A stretch of DNA of 62,285 bases, counting the filler. It is 6 parts of 6 records of this genome, joined end to end, with 100 filler letters (N's around TTAATTAATTAA, not from the genome) between each part and the next. Parts side by side here need not be neighbours in the genome. Positions count along the whole stretch, not along the records: positions 7,186 to 24,054 come from DRR723986_4015; 5 more parts are not named here. The stretch is one strand, 5' to 3'. How positions within the stretch are numbered: position 1 is the stretch's first letter; every line of letters begins with the position of its first letter. A program made the translations under genes and the position numbers. The notes under the pieces were generated by a model. It was not told the DNA's origin. It made no database searches and saw only the letters and a list, made by a program, of their open reading frames with translations. Shown one piece after another: positions 10,122 through 19,988 of this stretch.

Positions 10122-11885
10122 TCATTTCGCCCGTTCGGCCCTCAACATCTCGACCATCTGATCCCGCATCACAAATTTCTGCGGCTTTCCGGTGATTGTC
10201 ATTGGCAATTCATCGACCACACGGATGTGCCGCGGCACTTTGAAATGGGCAATCTGGCCCTGACAGAACTGGCGCAGTGCATCCGGTGTCAGACTTGCAC
10301 CATCCGCCGCAACAACCCATGCACAGACCTCTTCGCCCAGTCGGTTATCCGGCACACCAAAAACCTGCGCCTCGCGGACTTGCGGATGGGAATATAGAAA
10401 TTCTTCGATCTCGCGGGGATAGATGTTTTCGCCGCCCCGGATGATCATGTCTTTGACACGTCCGGTGATGGTGCAGAACCCGTCTTTGTCAAACACGGCC
10501 AGATCACCGGTGTGCATCCAACCATCGCGGATGGCTTCGGCGCTGCGCCCCGGATCGTCCCAATAGCCTTTCATCACGGAATAGCCGCGCGTACACAGCT
10601 CGCCCTGCGTCCCTGCGGGCACGATCTGCCCGTTCTCATCGACAATCTTGACCTCAAGATGCGGATGCACCCGGCCAACTGTTTCGCAACGCTGGGTCAC
10701 CGGATCATCGACAAAGCTTTGGAAAGACACCGGCGCGGTTTCGGTCATGCCATAGCAGATCGTGACCTCATCCATGTGCATCACAGAATTGACCGCCTTC
10801 ATCACATCCACCGGGCATGGCGCCCCGGCCATGACCCCTGTGCGCATCGCCGACAGATCGCGCGGCGTTGTCTCAAGATCTTGCAGCATCGCCACAAACA
10901 TCGTCGGCACACCGTAAAGCGCGGTGCAGCGTTCCCGTGCCAGCGCATCAAGGGTTTGCGCCGCATCAAATCCCTCTCCGGGAAAGACCATGGCCGCGCC
11001 TTTGCTGACGGCGCCCAGAACGCCCATGACCATGCCAAAGCAATGATACAGCGGCACCGGAATGGCCAATCTGTCATTTTCGGTCAGATTGATCCTGTCG
11101 GTCACAAACCGCGCGTTGTTCACCACGTTGTAGTGAGACAGCGTGGCCCCCTTGGGCTGTCCGGTCGTGCCGGAGGTGAACTGGATATTGATCGCATCAT
11201 CAGGCTGCAACGTGGCGCCGATCTGTGGCAGGCGCAGTTGCTGGGCCGGGCCACCCAGTTCGGACAGCGTATCAAAGGACCAAATGCCTTGGTCGGCAGG
11301 TGCCTCTCCCATCACGATGACATGCCGCAGATGCGGCAGCTTGGCGGCATGCAGTTTGCCCCGTTCCGCTGTTGCCAACTCGGGCGCGAGGGTCTGGATC
11401 ATGCCCAGATAGTCTGAACTTTTGAAAGAGGGGGCCAGCACCAGCGCCTTGCAGCCGACTTTGTTCAGCGCATATTCCAGTTCGGACAACCGGTAAGCCG
11501 GATTGATATTGACCAAGACCGCGCCGATCCGTGCTGTGGCAAATTGTGTAAGCACCCATTCCAAACGGTTCGGCGACCAGATGCCAACCCTGTCCCCCTT
11601 TTCCAGACCCAACGCCAGCAGCCCCGAGGCCAGTGCATCCACAGCGCGATCCAGATCATAATAGCTGAGCGTGCGACCGGGAAACACCAGCGCATCCCTT
11701 GGGCCGTACCGCGCCACGGCATCCTGCAACAACTGGGGGATGGTGGCGAAAGCCAGCGGCGGATGTGCGGGGCCCTGGACATAGGATTTGCCATCGCGGG
11801 GTGTCAGGTCGGCTTGGTCTGCGCTGCCGTCACTCACCCCGAACTTCTGGATCTGGTCTGCAATGCTTTCGTTCAAAATGGTCAT
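10122..11885 (-). CDS. AMP-forming acyl-CoA synthetase
   Basis: QFTSGTTGQPKG, YGMTET, WMHTGD, GRVKDMIIRGGENIYPREIE, PMTITGKPQK; GGGAGG RBS before MTILNE. Confidence 0.93.
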   Translation of the reverse strand: MTILNESIADQIQKFGVSDGSADQADLTPRDGKSYVQGPAHPPLAFATIPQLLQDAVARYGPRDALVFPGRTLSYYDLDRAVDALASGLLALGLEKGDRVGIWSPNRLEWVLTQFATARIGAVLVNINPAYRLSELEYALNKVGCKALVLAPSFKSSDYLGMIQTLAPELATAERGKLHAAKLPHLRHVIVMGEAPADQGIWSFDTLSELGGPAQQLRLPQIGATLQPDDAINIQFTSGTTGQPKGATLSHYNVVNNARFVTDRINLTENDRLAIPVPLYHCFGMVMGVLGAVSKGAAMVFPGEGFDAAQTLDALARERCTALYGVPTMFVAMLQDLETTPRDLSAMRTGVMAGAPCPVDVMKAVNSVMHMDEVTICYGMTETAPVSFQSFVDDPVTQRCETVGRVHPHLEVKIVDENGQIVPAGTQGELCTRGYSVMKGYWDDPGRSAEAIRDGWMHTGDLAVFDKDGFCTITGRVKDMIIRGGENIYPREIEEFLYSHPQVREAQVFGVPDNRLGEEVCAWVVAADGASLTPDALRQFCQGQIAHFKVPRHIRVVDELPMTITGKPQKFVMRDQMVEMLRAERAK

Positions 11886-11901
11886 CTCAAAGCCTCCCCG
11901 C

Positions 11902-14301
11902 TTACATGTCGCGCCAGTCGCCTGATTGTTCAAACGCATGGGCGGCTTGGTAAATCTTCATTTCCCCATAGTTCGGGCCAACCAGTTGCATCCCGATTGG
12001 CAAGCCCTCGCTCAGCCCGCAAGGAATGCTCATCGCGGGCAAGCCGCCGTTGAAGGGGGCCGTATTAGGCACCATCTCAAAGGCACGCTGGACATACAAG
12101 CTAAGCGAGCAATCGGCGGGCGGATGTTCTTGCGGTTTGATCGGCAGGGTCGGCATCAACAAAAGGTCATATTGTTGAAGCGCGGCGAGATAGCGTTCGT
12201 TGACCTTGCGCATGATGTTCTGCGCCTTGCCGTAGAAGCGGCCGCGATACTGACGCTGGAAATGCTCGCCCACAAACATGCAGGCCTTCAGAGAATGGCT
12301 CAGCTCATCCGCCCTGCCCTTCCACTGCGCCATGTGGTCGGTCATCGACGGCAGGAACAGACCGCGATAATTGGTGCCGGCGGAATTGCCCCACATCATC
12401 CCGTCTTGCAGACCTTCCAATGTGATCGCGGTCCAGGCGTCCATGGCTGTGTGATGCTCCGGCACTGAGATCGTATCGACCCTTGCGCCCAATTCACGGA
12501 ACCGTTCGGCGGCGGCCATGACTTTTTGTTCCACGTCACTTTCGGAGTTGGGATGCCCGAAACCTTCTGTCAGGATGGCGATCCGCATGCCATGAACACC
12601 GCGCCCGAGACTTTCGGTATAGCTGTAGGTTTTGGGTTTGTACTGGCGCGGGTCCAGCCCGTCTTCGCCTGCCAGAACCTCCAGCAATAGGGCATTGTCG
12701 GCAACGTTGTTGGTCACCGGGCCGAGGTGATCAATGGTTTGTTCAATCGGCATCGCGCCTGTGTAGGGCACCAACCCATGGGTGGGTTTCATGCCGTAGA
12801 CGCCGCAATTGGATGATGGAATGCGAATGGATCCGCCCTGATCGCCCGCGATGGCCATATCGACCTCTCCCGCTGCAACCAGTGCCGCCGAGCCACCCGA
12901 AGACCCGCCCGCCATATAACCGCGTTTCCACGGGTTGTGGATTGGTCCTTTGGCGTTGGTGTGCGATCCGCCCGAAAGGCAAAAGTTCTCGCAATGCGCT
13001 TTGCCTGCGATCAATGCACCTGCATCCAGCATACGGGTTACGATGGTGGCGTCGATCTCGGGTGTGTAACCCTCCATGATCGAGGAACCATTCATCATCG
13101 GAACGCCAGCAAGACAGATCGTGTCTTTCAACGCAATGCGTTTGCCGCGCAGTTTGCCATCCGGTGCGCCGCGCACTTCGGTCTTGACGTACCATGCGTT
13201 CAGCGGATTCTCCGTCTGGTCGGGAAAATACCCCGGACTGCGCGGATAGCGGACCTGCGGCAGGTTATCGGGCAAAGCGTCAAGCCGGTCATAGGCTTGC
13301 ATGTAAGGCTCGATAATCTCGGTGTATTCGGCCAGATCTTCGTCAGACAGGCTCATCCCGAACCGATCCGCCATGGCGCGCATCTGGGACAATGTGGGGC
13401 GTTTGATGGTCATGGCTGTCACCGTGGGGCTGTTGGGTTGCGAATGAAGCGGCGGCGATGGCTTTGCGGCGCTGTCTTTTGGGAACGTCTGCGGGCGGCG
13501 ACTTGCGGGCGGCGCGGCGAGCGCGCCTGCGGGCGGTTCGGCCCGTGTGCCAGAGGTTTGGCGGGTGCCACGCGCCGCGCCGAACCCGAGGAATTGATCC
13601 ACTTTGGCCTGATCCGACAGTTCCGCCCGCGTCAGCGTGCCGGTGATCCGGCCCCGTTCCAGCACCAGAACCCGGTCGGACAGATCGGCGATAAAGTCAA
13701 AGTTCTGCTCGACCAGCAGGATCGACAACCCGCGCTGTTCGCGCAGGTGCAGCAGCGTTTCGGCCATCTCTTCGATGATCGAAGGCTGGATGCCTTCGGT
13801 CGGCTCGTCCAGCAGCAGGAAATCGGGATCCCCCATCAGGCAGCGGGCCAACGCCAAAAGCTGTTGTTCACCGCCCGACAATGCCCCCCCTTCGCGATCC
13901 AGTAGGCGTTGCAGGCGTGGGAAGTCAGCCAATACCGCGTCCATCACTTCGGCCTCGGACCCGCCGGCGTGATCGTGCCAGGCAAAGCGCAGATTGTCGC
14001 GCACGGAAAGCTGCGGAAAGATCCCGCGCCCCTGCGGTACATAGCCGATGCCCATCTGCCCGCGTACATTGGGCGGTGTTCGGGTGATATCGGTTTGGTC
14101 ATATCGGACCTGCCCGGCGGTGGCTGGCAGGAACCCCATCAATGTCTTGAGCAAGGTTGTCTTGCCCATACCGTTGTGGCCCAGCACGCCGACTACCTCA
14201 TTTTCGGCCACGTCCAGATCAATGCCATGCAGGATCGGCACACGGCCATAGCCACCCGATACCCCCTTGGCAGACATCAATATTTCGCGCTCTTCGGTCA
14301 T
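11902..14301 (-). CDS. Fusion: UrtE/LivF-like ABC ATPase + amidase-signature amidase
   Basis: One ORF: GHNGMGKT, LSGGEQQ, LLLDEP, Pro/Ala/Ser linker, then amidase with ALKD, CENFC, GGSSGGS, GDQGGSIRIPS. Confidence 0.88.
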   Translation of the reverse strand: MTEEREILMSAKGVSGGYGRVPILHGIDLDVAENEVVGVLGHNGMGKTTLLKTLMGFLPATAGQVRYDQTDITRTPPNVRGQMGIGYVPQGRGIFPQLSVRDNLRFAWHDHAGGSEAEVMDAVLADFPRLQRLLDREGGALSGGEQQLLALARCLMGDPDFLLLDEPTEGIQPSIIEEMAETLLHLREQRGLSILLVEQNFDFIADLSDRVLVLERGRITGTLTRAELSDQAKVDQFLGFGAARGTRQTSGTRAEPPAGALAAPPASRRPQTFPKDSAAKPSPPLHSQPNSPTVTAMTIKRPTLSQMRAMADRFGMSLSDEDLAEYTEIIEPYMQAYDRLDALPDNLPQVRYPRSPGYFPDQTENPLNAWYVKTEVRGAPDGKLRGKRIALKDTICLAGVPMMNGSSIMEGYTPEIDATIVTRMLDAGALIAGKAHCENFCLSGGSHTNAKGPIHNPWKRGYMAGGSSGGSAALVAAGEVDMAIAGDQGGSIRIPSSNCGVYGMKPTHGLVPYTGAMPIEQTIDHLGPVTNNVADNALLLEVLAGEDGLDPRQYKPKTYSYTESLGRGVHGMRIAILTEGFGHPNSESDVEQKVMAAAERFRELGARVDTISVPEHHTAMDAWTAITLEGLQDGMMWGNSAGTNYRGLFLPSMTDHMAQWKGRADELSHSLKACMFVGEHFQRQYRGRFYGKAQNIMRKVNERYLAALQQYDLLLMPTLPIKPQEHPPADCSLSLYVQRAFEMVPNTAPFNGGLPAMSIPCGLSEGLPIGMQLVGPNYGEMKIYQAAHAFEQSGDWRDM

Positions 14302-14302
14302 C

Positions 14303-15019
14303 TTATGCCTTCTTTCCAAGATAGACGGCGCGGACCGTCGGATCAGACATCACGCGGTCAACGTGGTCTTCCATCAACACGGCTCCTTGATGGAAAACCG
14401 TGACGGTCTCGGCAATGGAGCGGATGAACTGCATGTCATGTTCGACAATCACCACTGCGGCGCTGCGGGTCAGTTCGTGGATGATTTCGGTCATCCGGTC
14501 CACGTCGTTCGCGCTCATTCCCGCGGCGGGTTCGTCCAGCAGCACAAGCCATGGATCGGCCACTGCGACCAATCCCAGTTCCACCCGCTGCCTCTCACCA
14601 TGGGCCAATTGCCCCAGTTCGGTGCGGGCAATTCCGCCCAAGGCAAGCCTGTCGATGATGCTATCAGTGCGGGCCTTTGCCTCTGCCGCGTCATGAAAAC
14701 GGCGGGCGGAGAGCCAGATGTTTTCATGCACATTCAGCGCGTCCATCACATTGGGCGTCTGGGTTTTGATCCCAACCCCAAGCGAGGCAATCTGGTGGGG
14801 TTGCCAGCCCGTGACGTCCTGCCCGCGCATGAACACCTGCCCCTCGCTTGGGGTCAGAAGGCCGGTCACGCATTTAAAGAACGTGGATTTGCCTGCGCCG
14901 TTGGGGCCGATCAGGCAGCGCAATTCGCGTGCCTTGAGCGAGAAATTCACATTGTCGCTGGCCGTGACCCCGCCAAAGCGCATGGTCAGCCCATGGGTTT
15001 CCAATACAGTTTCAGCCAT
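14303..15019 (-). CDS. ABC ATP-binding protein (UrtD/LivG-like)
   Basis: GPNGAGKS, LAHGERQ, LLDEPAAG, VEHDM; start overlaps the upstream stop. Confidence 0.92.
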   Translation of the reverse strand: MAETVLETHGLTMRFGGVTASDNVNFSLKARELRCLIGPNGAGKSTFFKCVTGLLTPSEGQVFMRGQDVTGWQPHQIASLGVGIKTQTPNVMDALNVHENIWLSARRFHDAAEAKARTDSIIDRLALGGIARTELGQLAHGERQRVELGLVAVADPWLVLLDEPAAGMSANDVDRMTEIIHELTRSAAVVIVEHDMQFIRSIAETVTVFHQGAVLMEDHVDRVMSDPTVRAVYLGKKA

Positions 15020-16040
15020 GTCTTGCTTTCCGTCTTTGCCGCGCAAGTGGTCTGCGCCGGGCGCGGCCAAAGCTGGCCTTCCAGAGGGCGGCCACCGCAG
15101 GCACCAGACCTTTGGGCAGGAACAGCACGAACAGCACGAGGATCAGCCCGGTGATCAAGGTGTTGTCGATCAGGCTTTGCTGGCCCAGAACAAATTTCAG
15201 ATAGGCCAACCCTGCCGCGCCAAGGATCGGCCCAAGCCGCGTGCCAAGCCCGCCGACAATGCACCAGATGATAATCTCGGCCGATTGGCCCAGCGAGAAC
15301 AGCCCCGGCGTGACGATCTCGCCCCAGTTCGCAAAAAGTGCCCCGGCCAGCCCGGCGATGGCCGCGCCGGTGGCAAACAGCACAGTTTTGCGGGCGGCCA
15401 CGTCATAGCCCATCAGCGCCATGCGGGTCTCGTTCTCGCGGATACCGATAGCGACCCGACCAAAGGACGAGCGCAGCAACCATGTGACCAGCAGGAAGAC
15501 AATCACCAGCGCGACGGCGCAGAAATAGAAATAGGGGTCGCCCCAGATATAGGCATCCGGATTGCCCGGCACGTTGAGGGTCTGGAACCCCGGAATACCG
15601 TTGTAACCGCCCAGTCGCGCGTTGCCGATCACGTATTGAGGGCCTGCGGTGGAGTTCACAAACTTGAAAAGGATCAGCGTCACAACGAGGGTGATCACCC
15701 CCAGATAGACATCCGTCAGCCGCCCGTAGAACATGAGCGCGCCCAGCACAGCCGCAAAGATCAGCGGCACCAGCACCGCCAAGAGCATTGGCACCGTGCT
15801 TTCCCCAAAATTGATCGCCGCGATGGCATAGGTGTAAGCGCCAAGGCCAAAGAACGCCGCCTGACCAAAACACAAGATTCCGCCGAAGCCCCAAATCAGA
15901 CCAAGGCTCAGCCCCAGCATGCCGTAGATCACCAGCACCGTCAGCGTATAGGTTGCGATCACCATCGGCAGAAGCCAGATCAGCAGCGCCGATACGATCA
16001 ACGTGGCGATGATCTCTTTTCCCAATGACCGCTCCATCAC
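15012..16040 (-). CDS. ABC permease (UrtC/LivM-like)
   Basis: GLIWGFGGILCFGQAAFFGLGAY; SSFGRVAIGIRENETR. Confidence 0.9.
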   Translation of the reverse strand: MMERSLGKEIIATLIVSALLIWLLPMVIATYTLTVLVIYGMLGLSLGLIWGFGGILCFGQAAFFGLGAYTYAIAAINFGESTVPMLLAVLVPLIFAAVLGALMFYGRLTDVYLGVITLVVTLILFKFVNSTAGPQYVIGNARLGGYNGIPGFQTLNVPGNPDAYIWGDPYFYFCAVALVIVFLLVTWLLRSSFGRVAIGIRENETRMALMGYDVAARKTVLFATGAAIAGLAGALFANWGEIVTPGLFSLGQSAEIIIWCIVGGLGTRLGPILGAAGLAYLKFVLGQQSLIDNTLITGLILVLFVLFLPKGLVPAVAALWKASFGRARRRPLARQRRKARHG

Positions 16041-16903
16041 AGTTTACCTTTGAAAAAGCGGCCTGTGATCCCTTGCGGCATGAGCCGCAGCAAGACGACA
16101 GCCGCAACAAGCAGCGCCACCTCACCGATCACCGGCGAGACCGCAAAGGTGAACACTTGATTGACGACGCCAAAGGAGGTGGCCGAACTCAGCAAACCCG
16201 CGATCAACGAAGGACCGCCAGCGATCACGGTGATGAAAGCTTTGGCGATGTAAGCGCCGCCCGATGTCGGCACCAAGCCAACCAGCGGCGCAAGCACCGC
16301 GCCCGCCAATCCCGACAGGGCAGAGCCGCAAAAAAATGTCGCCATATAGATGCGGTCCGGGCTGTAGCCGAGGGCAGCGGCCATATCAGCGCGCTGCATC
16401 GTGCCGCGTGCAATCAGCCCCGCGCGGGTGCCGCGCAACACCGCCAGCATCGCGATCACCAGAACGGCAGCCACCACAATGATAAAGAAGTTATAGCCGC
16501 TGATCTGATAGTCCCCCACGGCAAAACCGGGGATCGGGGTGGAGATGCCGGTGGTGGTATTGCCAAAGATCATCGTGGCCAGACCAATGAACACAAGGCT
16601 GAGACCCCATGTCGCCAACATCGTATCGACCAGTCGCCCGTAAAGGTGCCGGATCACCAATCGTTCCACAATTAGCCCGATCAGCCCCACAACCAAGGGC
16701 GCAATCACCAGCATCGCAACAAAGACATTCACGCCCAGCCCCACGGCGCTGATGGTCGTATAACCGCCCAGCATCATGAACTCGCCATGCGCCAGATTGA
16801 TGACCTTCATCATGCCAAAAACCACGGCCAATCCGGCGCTGATCAGCACCAGCGAGGCAACCGCGTAGAGCACTTCAACCGCTATGACAAAACTGAGATC
16901 CAT
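16037..16903 (-). CDS. ABC permease (UrtB/LivH-like)
   Basis: GLAVVFGMMKVINLAHGEF; LATWGLSL. Confidence 0.9.
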   Translation of the reverse strand: MDLSFVIAVEVLYAVASLVLISAGLAVVFGMMKVINLAHGEFMMLGGYTTISAVGLGVNVFVAMLVIAPLVVGLIGLIVERLVIRHLYGRLVDTMLATWGLSLVFIGLATMIFGNTTTGISTPIPGFAVGDYQISGYNFFIIVVAAVLVIAMLAVLRGTRAGLIARGTMQRADMAAALGYSPDRIYMATFFCGSALSGLAGAVLAPLVGLVPTSGGAYIAKAFITVIAGGPSLIAGLLSSATSFGVVNQVFTFAVSPVIGEVALLVAAVVLLRLMPQGITGRFFKGKL

Positions 16904-16975
16904 GGAGGCCTGCTTGAATGAGAATTCAGGGTATGGCGGGGCGCGAATGGCACCCCGCCTGGGAGAAACACGCAG

Positions 16976-18196
16976 TTAGATTTCGATTTCGTACTGCGTG
17001 TTGTCATTTGGGTTTGCGCTGAGGTCACAAACCGCTTGGGTGTCCACCGGTTGCCGCTGTGGCAGGGTTTCGATCACCTTCATCTGCTGGTCCTGCATCT
17101 GCATCAGATGCACATCCAGAACCGCGTGGTGGGTTTTGGGATCAACCGTCACCTTGCCGCCCGGCCCCATGATGGAAATGCCGGTTTCCAAGGCTTTGAT
17201 GATCGCCATCCGGTCAAGTGATCCGGCTTGGCGCACCCCTTCGGCCCAGGTTTTGATACCGTGGTAATGCGATACGGCAATCTCGTGCATCGACTGATCG
17301 CCATCAAACATCGCGGCCCATTTTTCCTTGAACTGGGCGTTCTCCGGCGTGTCCAGTTCCTGGCTGTAGTTGTAGGCACACATGATGCCGTTGCCCTCTT
17401 CTGGGGTCAGAACCTTGTGTTCGTTGCCCACGCCCAGGGTGGTCGAGGCCAGTGCTATCTTGTCTTTCATGCCGGCAGCGGCCCACTGGCGGAAGAAGGA
17501 CAGATGCGCACCGCCGACAAGCGGGGCAATCACCAGATCGGGGGCGGCGGTCTGGACCTTGGCGATGGTGGAGCCAAAGTCGCTCACATCCAATGGGAAG
17601 AAATCCGTGCCGACCACTTCGCCGCCGTTGTCCGCCACAAATTTCTGGATCCAACGCGCGGTGATCTGGCCGTAGTTATAGTCGGCAGCAAGGATATAGA
17701 CCTTCTTGCCGGAATTTTTCATCGCGAAAGGCACCAATGCCTCAACCTGCTGGGCCGGGGTGACACCGTTGATAAAGATGTTCCGGTCGCATACGCCGCC
17801 CTCGTAGAGGACGTTGTAGAAATACAGTGTTTTGGTCTTGCGCATGGTTTGGCGGATCGCCTCGCGGGAGGCGGACAGGATGCCGCCCTGCACCACATCC
17901 ACCTTGTCCTGGCGGGTCAGTTGTTGACCATATTGCGAATAAAGCGCCATGTCCGATTGGGTGTCATAGGCCGTGACCTCAACCTGACGGCCCAGCAGAC
18001 CGCCCGCTTCGTTGATCTCAGCGACGGCCATGCGCATGGCCTGATCCATCGGTTTGCCATAGGCGTCAAAGGGGCCGGATGCGTCCAGGATGGAGCCAAG
18101 TTTGATGGTGCCATCCGCAAACACAGCTGTAGGCAGCATCGCGGTTGTGGTCAGGGCGGCCGTGCGGCCAAGGAAATCTCTTCTGTTCAGAGACAT
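16976..18196 (-). CDS. Urea/short-chain amide ABC substrate-binding protein (UrtA/FmdD-like), Tat signal
   Basis: NRRDFL twin-arginine leader; SASREAIR, YEGG, ADYNYG motifs; hairpin at 16935-16959 follows the gene. Confidence 0.9.
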   Translation of the reverse strand: MSLNRRDFLGRTAALTTTAMLPTAVFADGTIKLGSILDASGPFDAYGKPMDQAMRMAVAEINEAGGLLGRQVEVTAYDTQSDMALYSQYGQQLTRQDKVDVVQGGILSASREAIRQTMRKTKTLYFYNVLYEGGVCDRNIFINGVTPAQQVEALVPFAMKNSGKKVYILAADYNYGQITARWIQKFVADNGGEVVGTDFFPLDVSDFGSTIAKVQTAAPDLVIAPLVGGAHLSFFRQWAAAGMKDKIALASTTLGVGNEHKVLTPEEGNGIMCAYNYSQELDTPENAQFKEKWAAMFDGDQSMHEIAVSHYHGIKTWAEGVRQAGSLDRMAIIKALETGISIMGPGGKVTVDPKTHHAVLDVHLMQMQDQQMKVIETLPQRQPVDTQAVCDLSANPNDNTQYEIEI

Positions 18197-18247
18197 GTGT
18201 AAGTCCTCCGTTAAACGACTGTTGGATGTGTGGAAAGGTGACTTAGA

Positions 18248-19873
18248 TCACTCTTTGTCTTTGGGTTTCGGATCGTCTTTTGCCTTTATCCGGTTGGCGT
18301 AATCCGCCGTCCGACCTGCGATGTTGGGGTCGAAATCAAGGCCTATTTCATCGCCCATCTGTTTCATCGCGGGCAGGCGGACGGCCATGCCAAGGATCTG
18401 GTCCATTGCCGCACCAAAAGCTCCGTCGACACCCTCTGTCTGGCCAGTGCCGCCGCTGCCCAGACCGCCGATCTGGTTGATGCGGATCGAGTCGATCTTT
18501 TCGACGGGCTTCATCATCTGGGTCATAATCTCGGGCATCCGGTCGAGCTTGCGCTCTTCGAGGCGCATGCGGATCACTGCATCGCTCAGCGTGTTTTCCG
18601 CCGTGTTCAGCGCGGCCTGACCTGCGGCCTGCGCTTCCATGGCTTCTTTATCGGCGCTGGCGGCAGCGGTTTTGGCGGCGGCGTCGGCTTGGGCACGGGC
18701 CAGCAGGGTGCTGACATCGCTTTGCACGCGCGCGTCTTCGAGTTCGATGTCGCGCTCTTGCTTGAGCTTGGCAATTTCCCGTTCGCGTTGGGCGATGGCG
18801 CGTTCTTTCTGGGCCTGCACATTTTCGGCGGCGAGGATCACCTGAATGCGGGCTTCCTCCTCGTCCGCCTTGGATTTTGCCTCTTTGGTGCGGGCCTGGG
18901 ACAGCTTGATGTTGTTGGCAATCTTTGCCTCTTCCAGCTCCATCAATGCGGTCATCTCGGCTTTGCGCAACGCCTCGTCATTGGCAACCTGTGCGGATTT
19001 GGTCAGGCGTTCCTCGGCGATTCGGACAGCCTCTGACGCGCGGTGCGCCTCGGCACGGGTCTGGGCAGAGCGGCTTTCGGCTTCGGCCTCAAGGCGGGCT
19101 AGGTGTTCTTGCTGGGCAATCTCGGCCTCACGTTCCGCCTTTTGCAGCTCAATCTGCCGTTGATGCTGTGACAGGCGGTGCTCACGCACGGCCACTTCGG
19201 TTGAGGTCTCGATGGCGATCCGCGCCTTGCGTTCTTCGGCCACCAGCTCGGCCAAGCGCCGCATGCCCGTGGCGTTGAAGGCATTGTTTTCGTCGCGGCC
19301 CGACAGATCACTTTGATCCACCGAAATCAGCGAGGCGGACACCAGTGCCAGCCCAAGCCGGTCAGCATGATCCGCAACCATGTCCGCCACATCCTTGGTA
19401 AATTCGGCGCGGTTGAGATGGATGTCTGTCAGCGCACGGGCCGCTGCGGCGCTGTGTACCGCATTGATCAAAGCACCGGAGAGCACCTCTGCAATGGCAT
19501 CACCGCTGCGGGCGATCCGATGACCAAAGGCTTGCGCTGCCGTTGCAATACTGTCCGTGTCAGGGGCGACGCGCAGTTCAAACTCCATTGCGATATCGGC
19601 CCGCAATTGATCGGCGGTCAGCACTGCCTCACGGCCACTGCGGGCAATCTCGGTGGCTGCGGTCTGCATGGAGACCCGTTGCACCTGATGCAGGATCGGC
19701 AGGGCAATGCAGCCCCCGTCGGTCAACACACGTCGTCCTCCCATGCCGGTCCGAACCAAGGCCGTTTCTAGCGTCGCCTTGGCGTAGAAACGCTGAAGAA
19801 ACCAGATGCCGACCAACAGCACGACGATAAAAATGACAACAGCTAGCGCCCAATACAAAGTAAATTCCCCCAC
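18248..19873 (-). CDS. Flotillin family (SPFH, YqiK-like) membrane protein
   Basis: N-terminal TM, ALVRTGMGG SPFH start, NNAFNATGMRRL, long EA-rich coiled coil, KPVEKIDSIRI C-terminal motif. Confidence 0.85.
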   Translation of the reverse strand: MGEFTLYWALAVVIFIVVLLVGIWFLQRFYAKATLETALVRTGMGGRRVLTDGGCIALPILHQVQRVSMQTAATEIARSGREAVLTADQLRADIAMEFELRVAPDTDSIATAAQAFGHRIARSGDAIAEVLSGALINAVHSAAAARALTDIHLNRAEFTKDVADMVADHADRLGLALVSASLISVDQSDLSGRDENNAFNATGMRRLAELVAEERKARIAIETSTEVAVREHRLSQHQRQIELQKAEREAEIAQQEHLARLEAEAESRSAQTRAEAHRASEAVRIAEERLTKSAQVANDEALRKAEMTALMELEEAKIANNIKLSQARTKEAKSKADEEEARIQVILAAENVQAQKERAIAQREREIAKLKQERDIELEDARVQSDVSTLLARAQADAAAKTAAASADKEAMEAQAAGQAALNTAENTLSDAVIRMRLEERKLDRMPEIMTQMMKPVEKIDSIRINQIGGLGSGGTGQTEGVDGAFGAAMDQILGMAVRLPAMKQMGDEIGLDFDPNIAGRTADYANRIKAKDDPKPKDKE

Positions 19874-19933
19874 CTGTCACGCAGCGCTCGAACGGCCTGC
19901 ACGATTCTGTTGCTTTACGGTGGGGGAGATTAG

Positions 19934-19966
19934 TTTCCAGTTCAAGTATTTTATTTGAAATGGAAA
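19934..19966. promoter_or_regulatory. Imperfect inverted repeat, candidate MarR operator
   Basis: TTTCCAGTTCAAGTA-ttt-TATTTGAAATGGAAA (13/15 arms); third related site TTTCCAAGTCAACTA at 21166-21180. Confidence 0.65.
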
Positions 19967-19988
19967 GTTAATTTCATTTTTTGTTTAT

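Noticed and set aside
14718-16028. Long antisense ORFs (also 44007-45365, 50121-51323, 55876-57255, 38414-39559)
   Set aside because: Shadows of real high-GC genes on the opposite strand with no recognisable motifs
14303-18196. Canonical urtABCDE urea transporter
   Set aside because: No urease genes nearby and it is linked to an amidase, CoA ligase and AmiC-like sensor; urt gene symbols withheld
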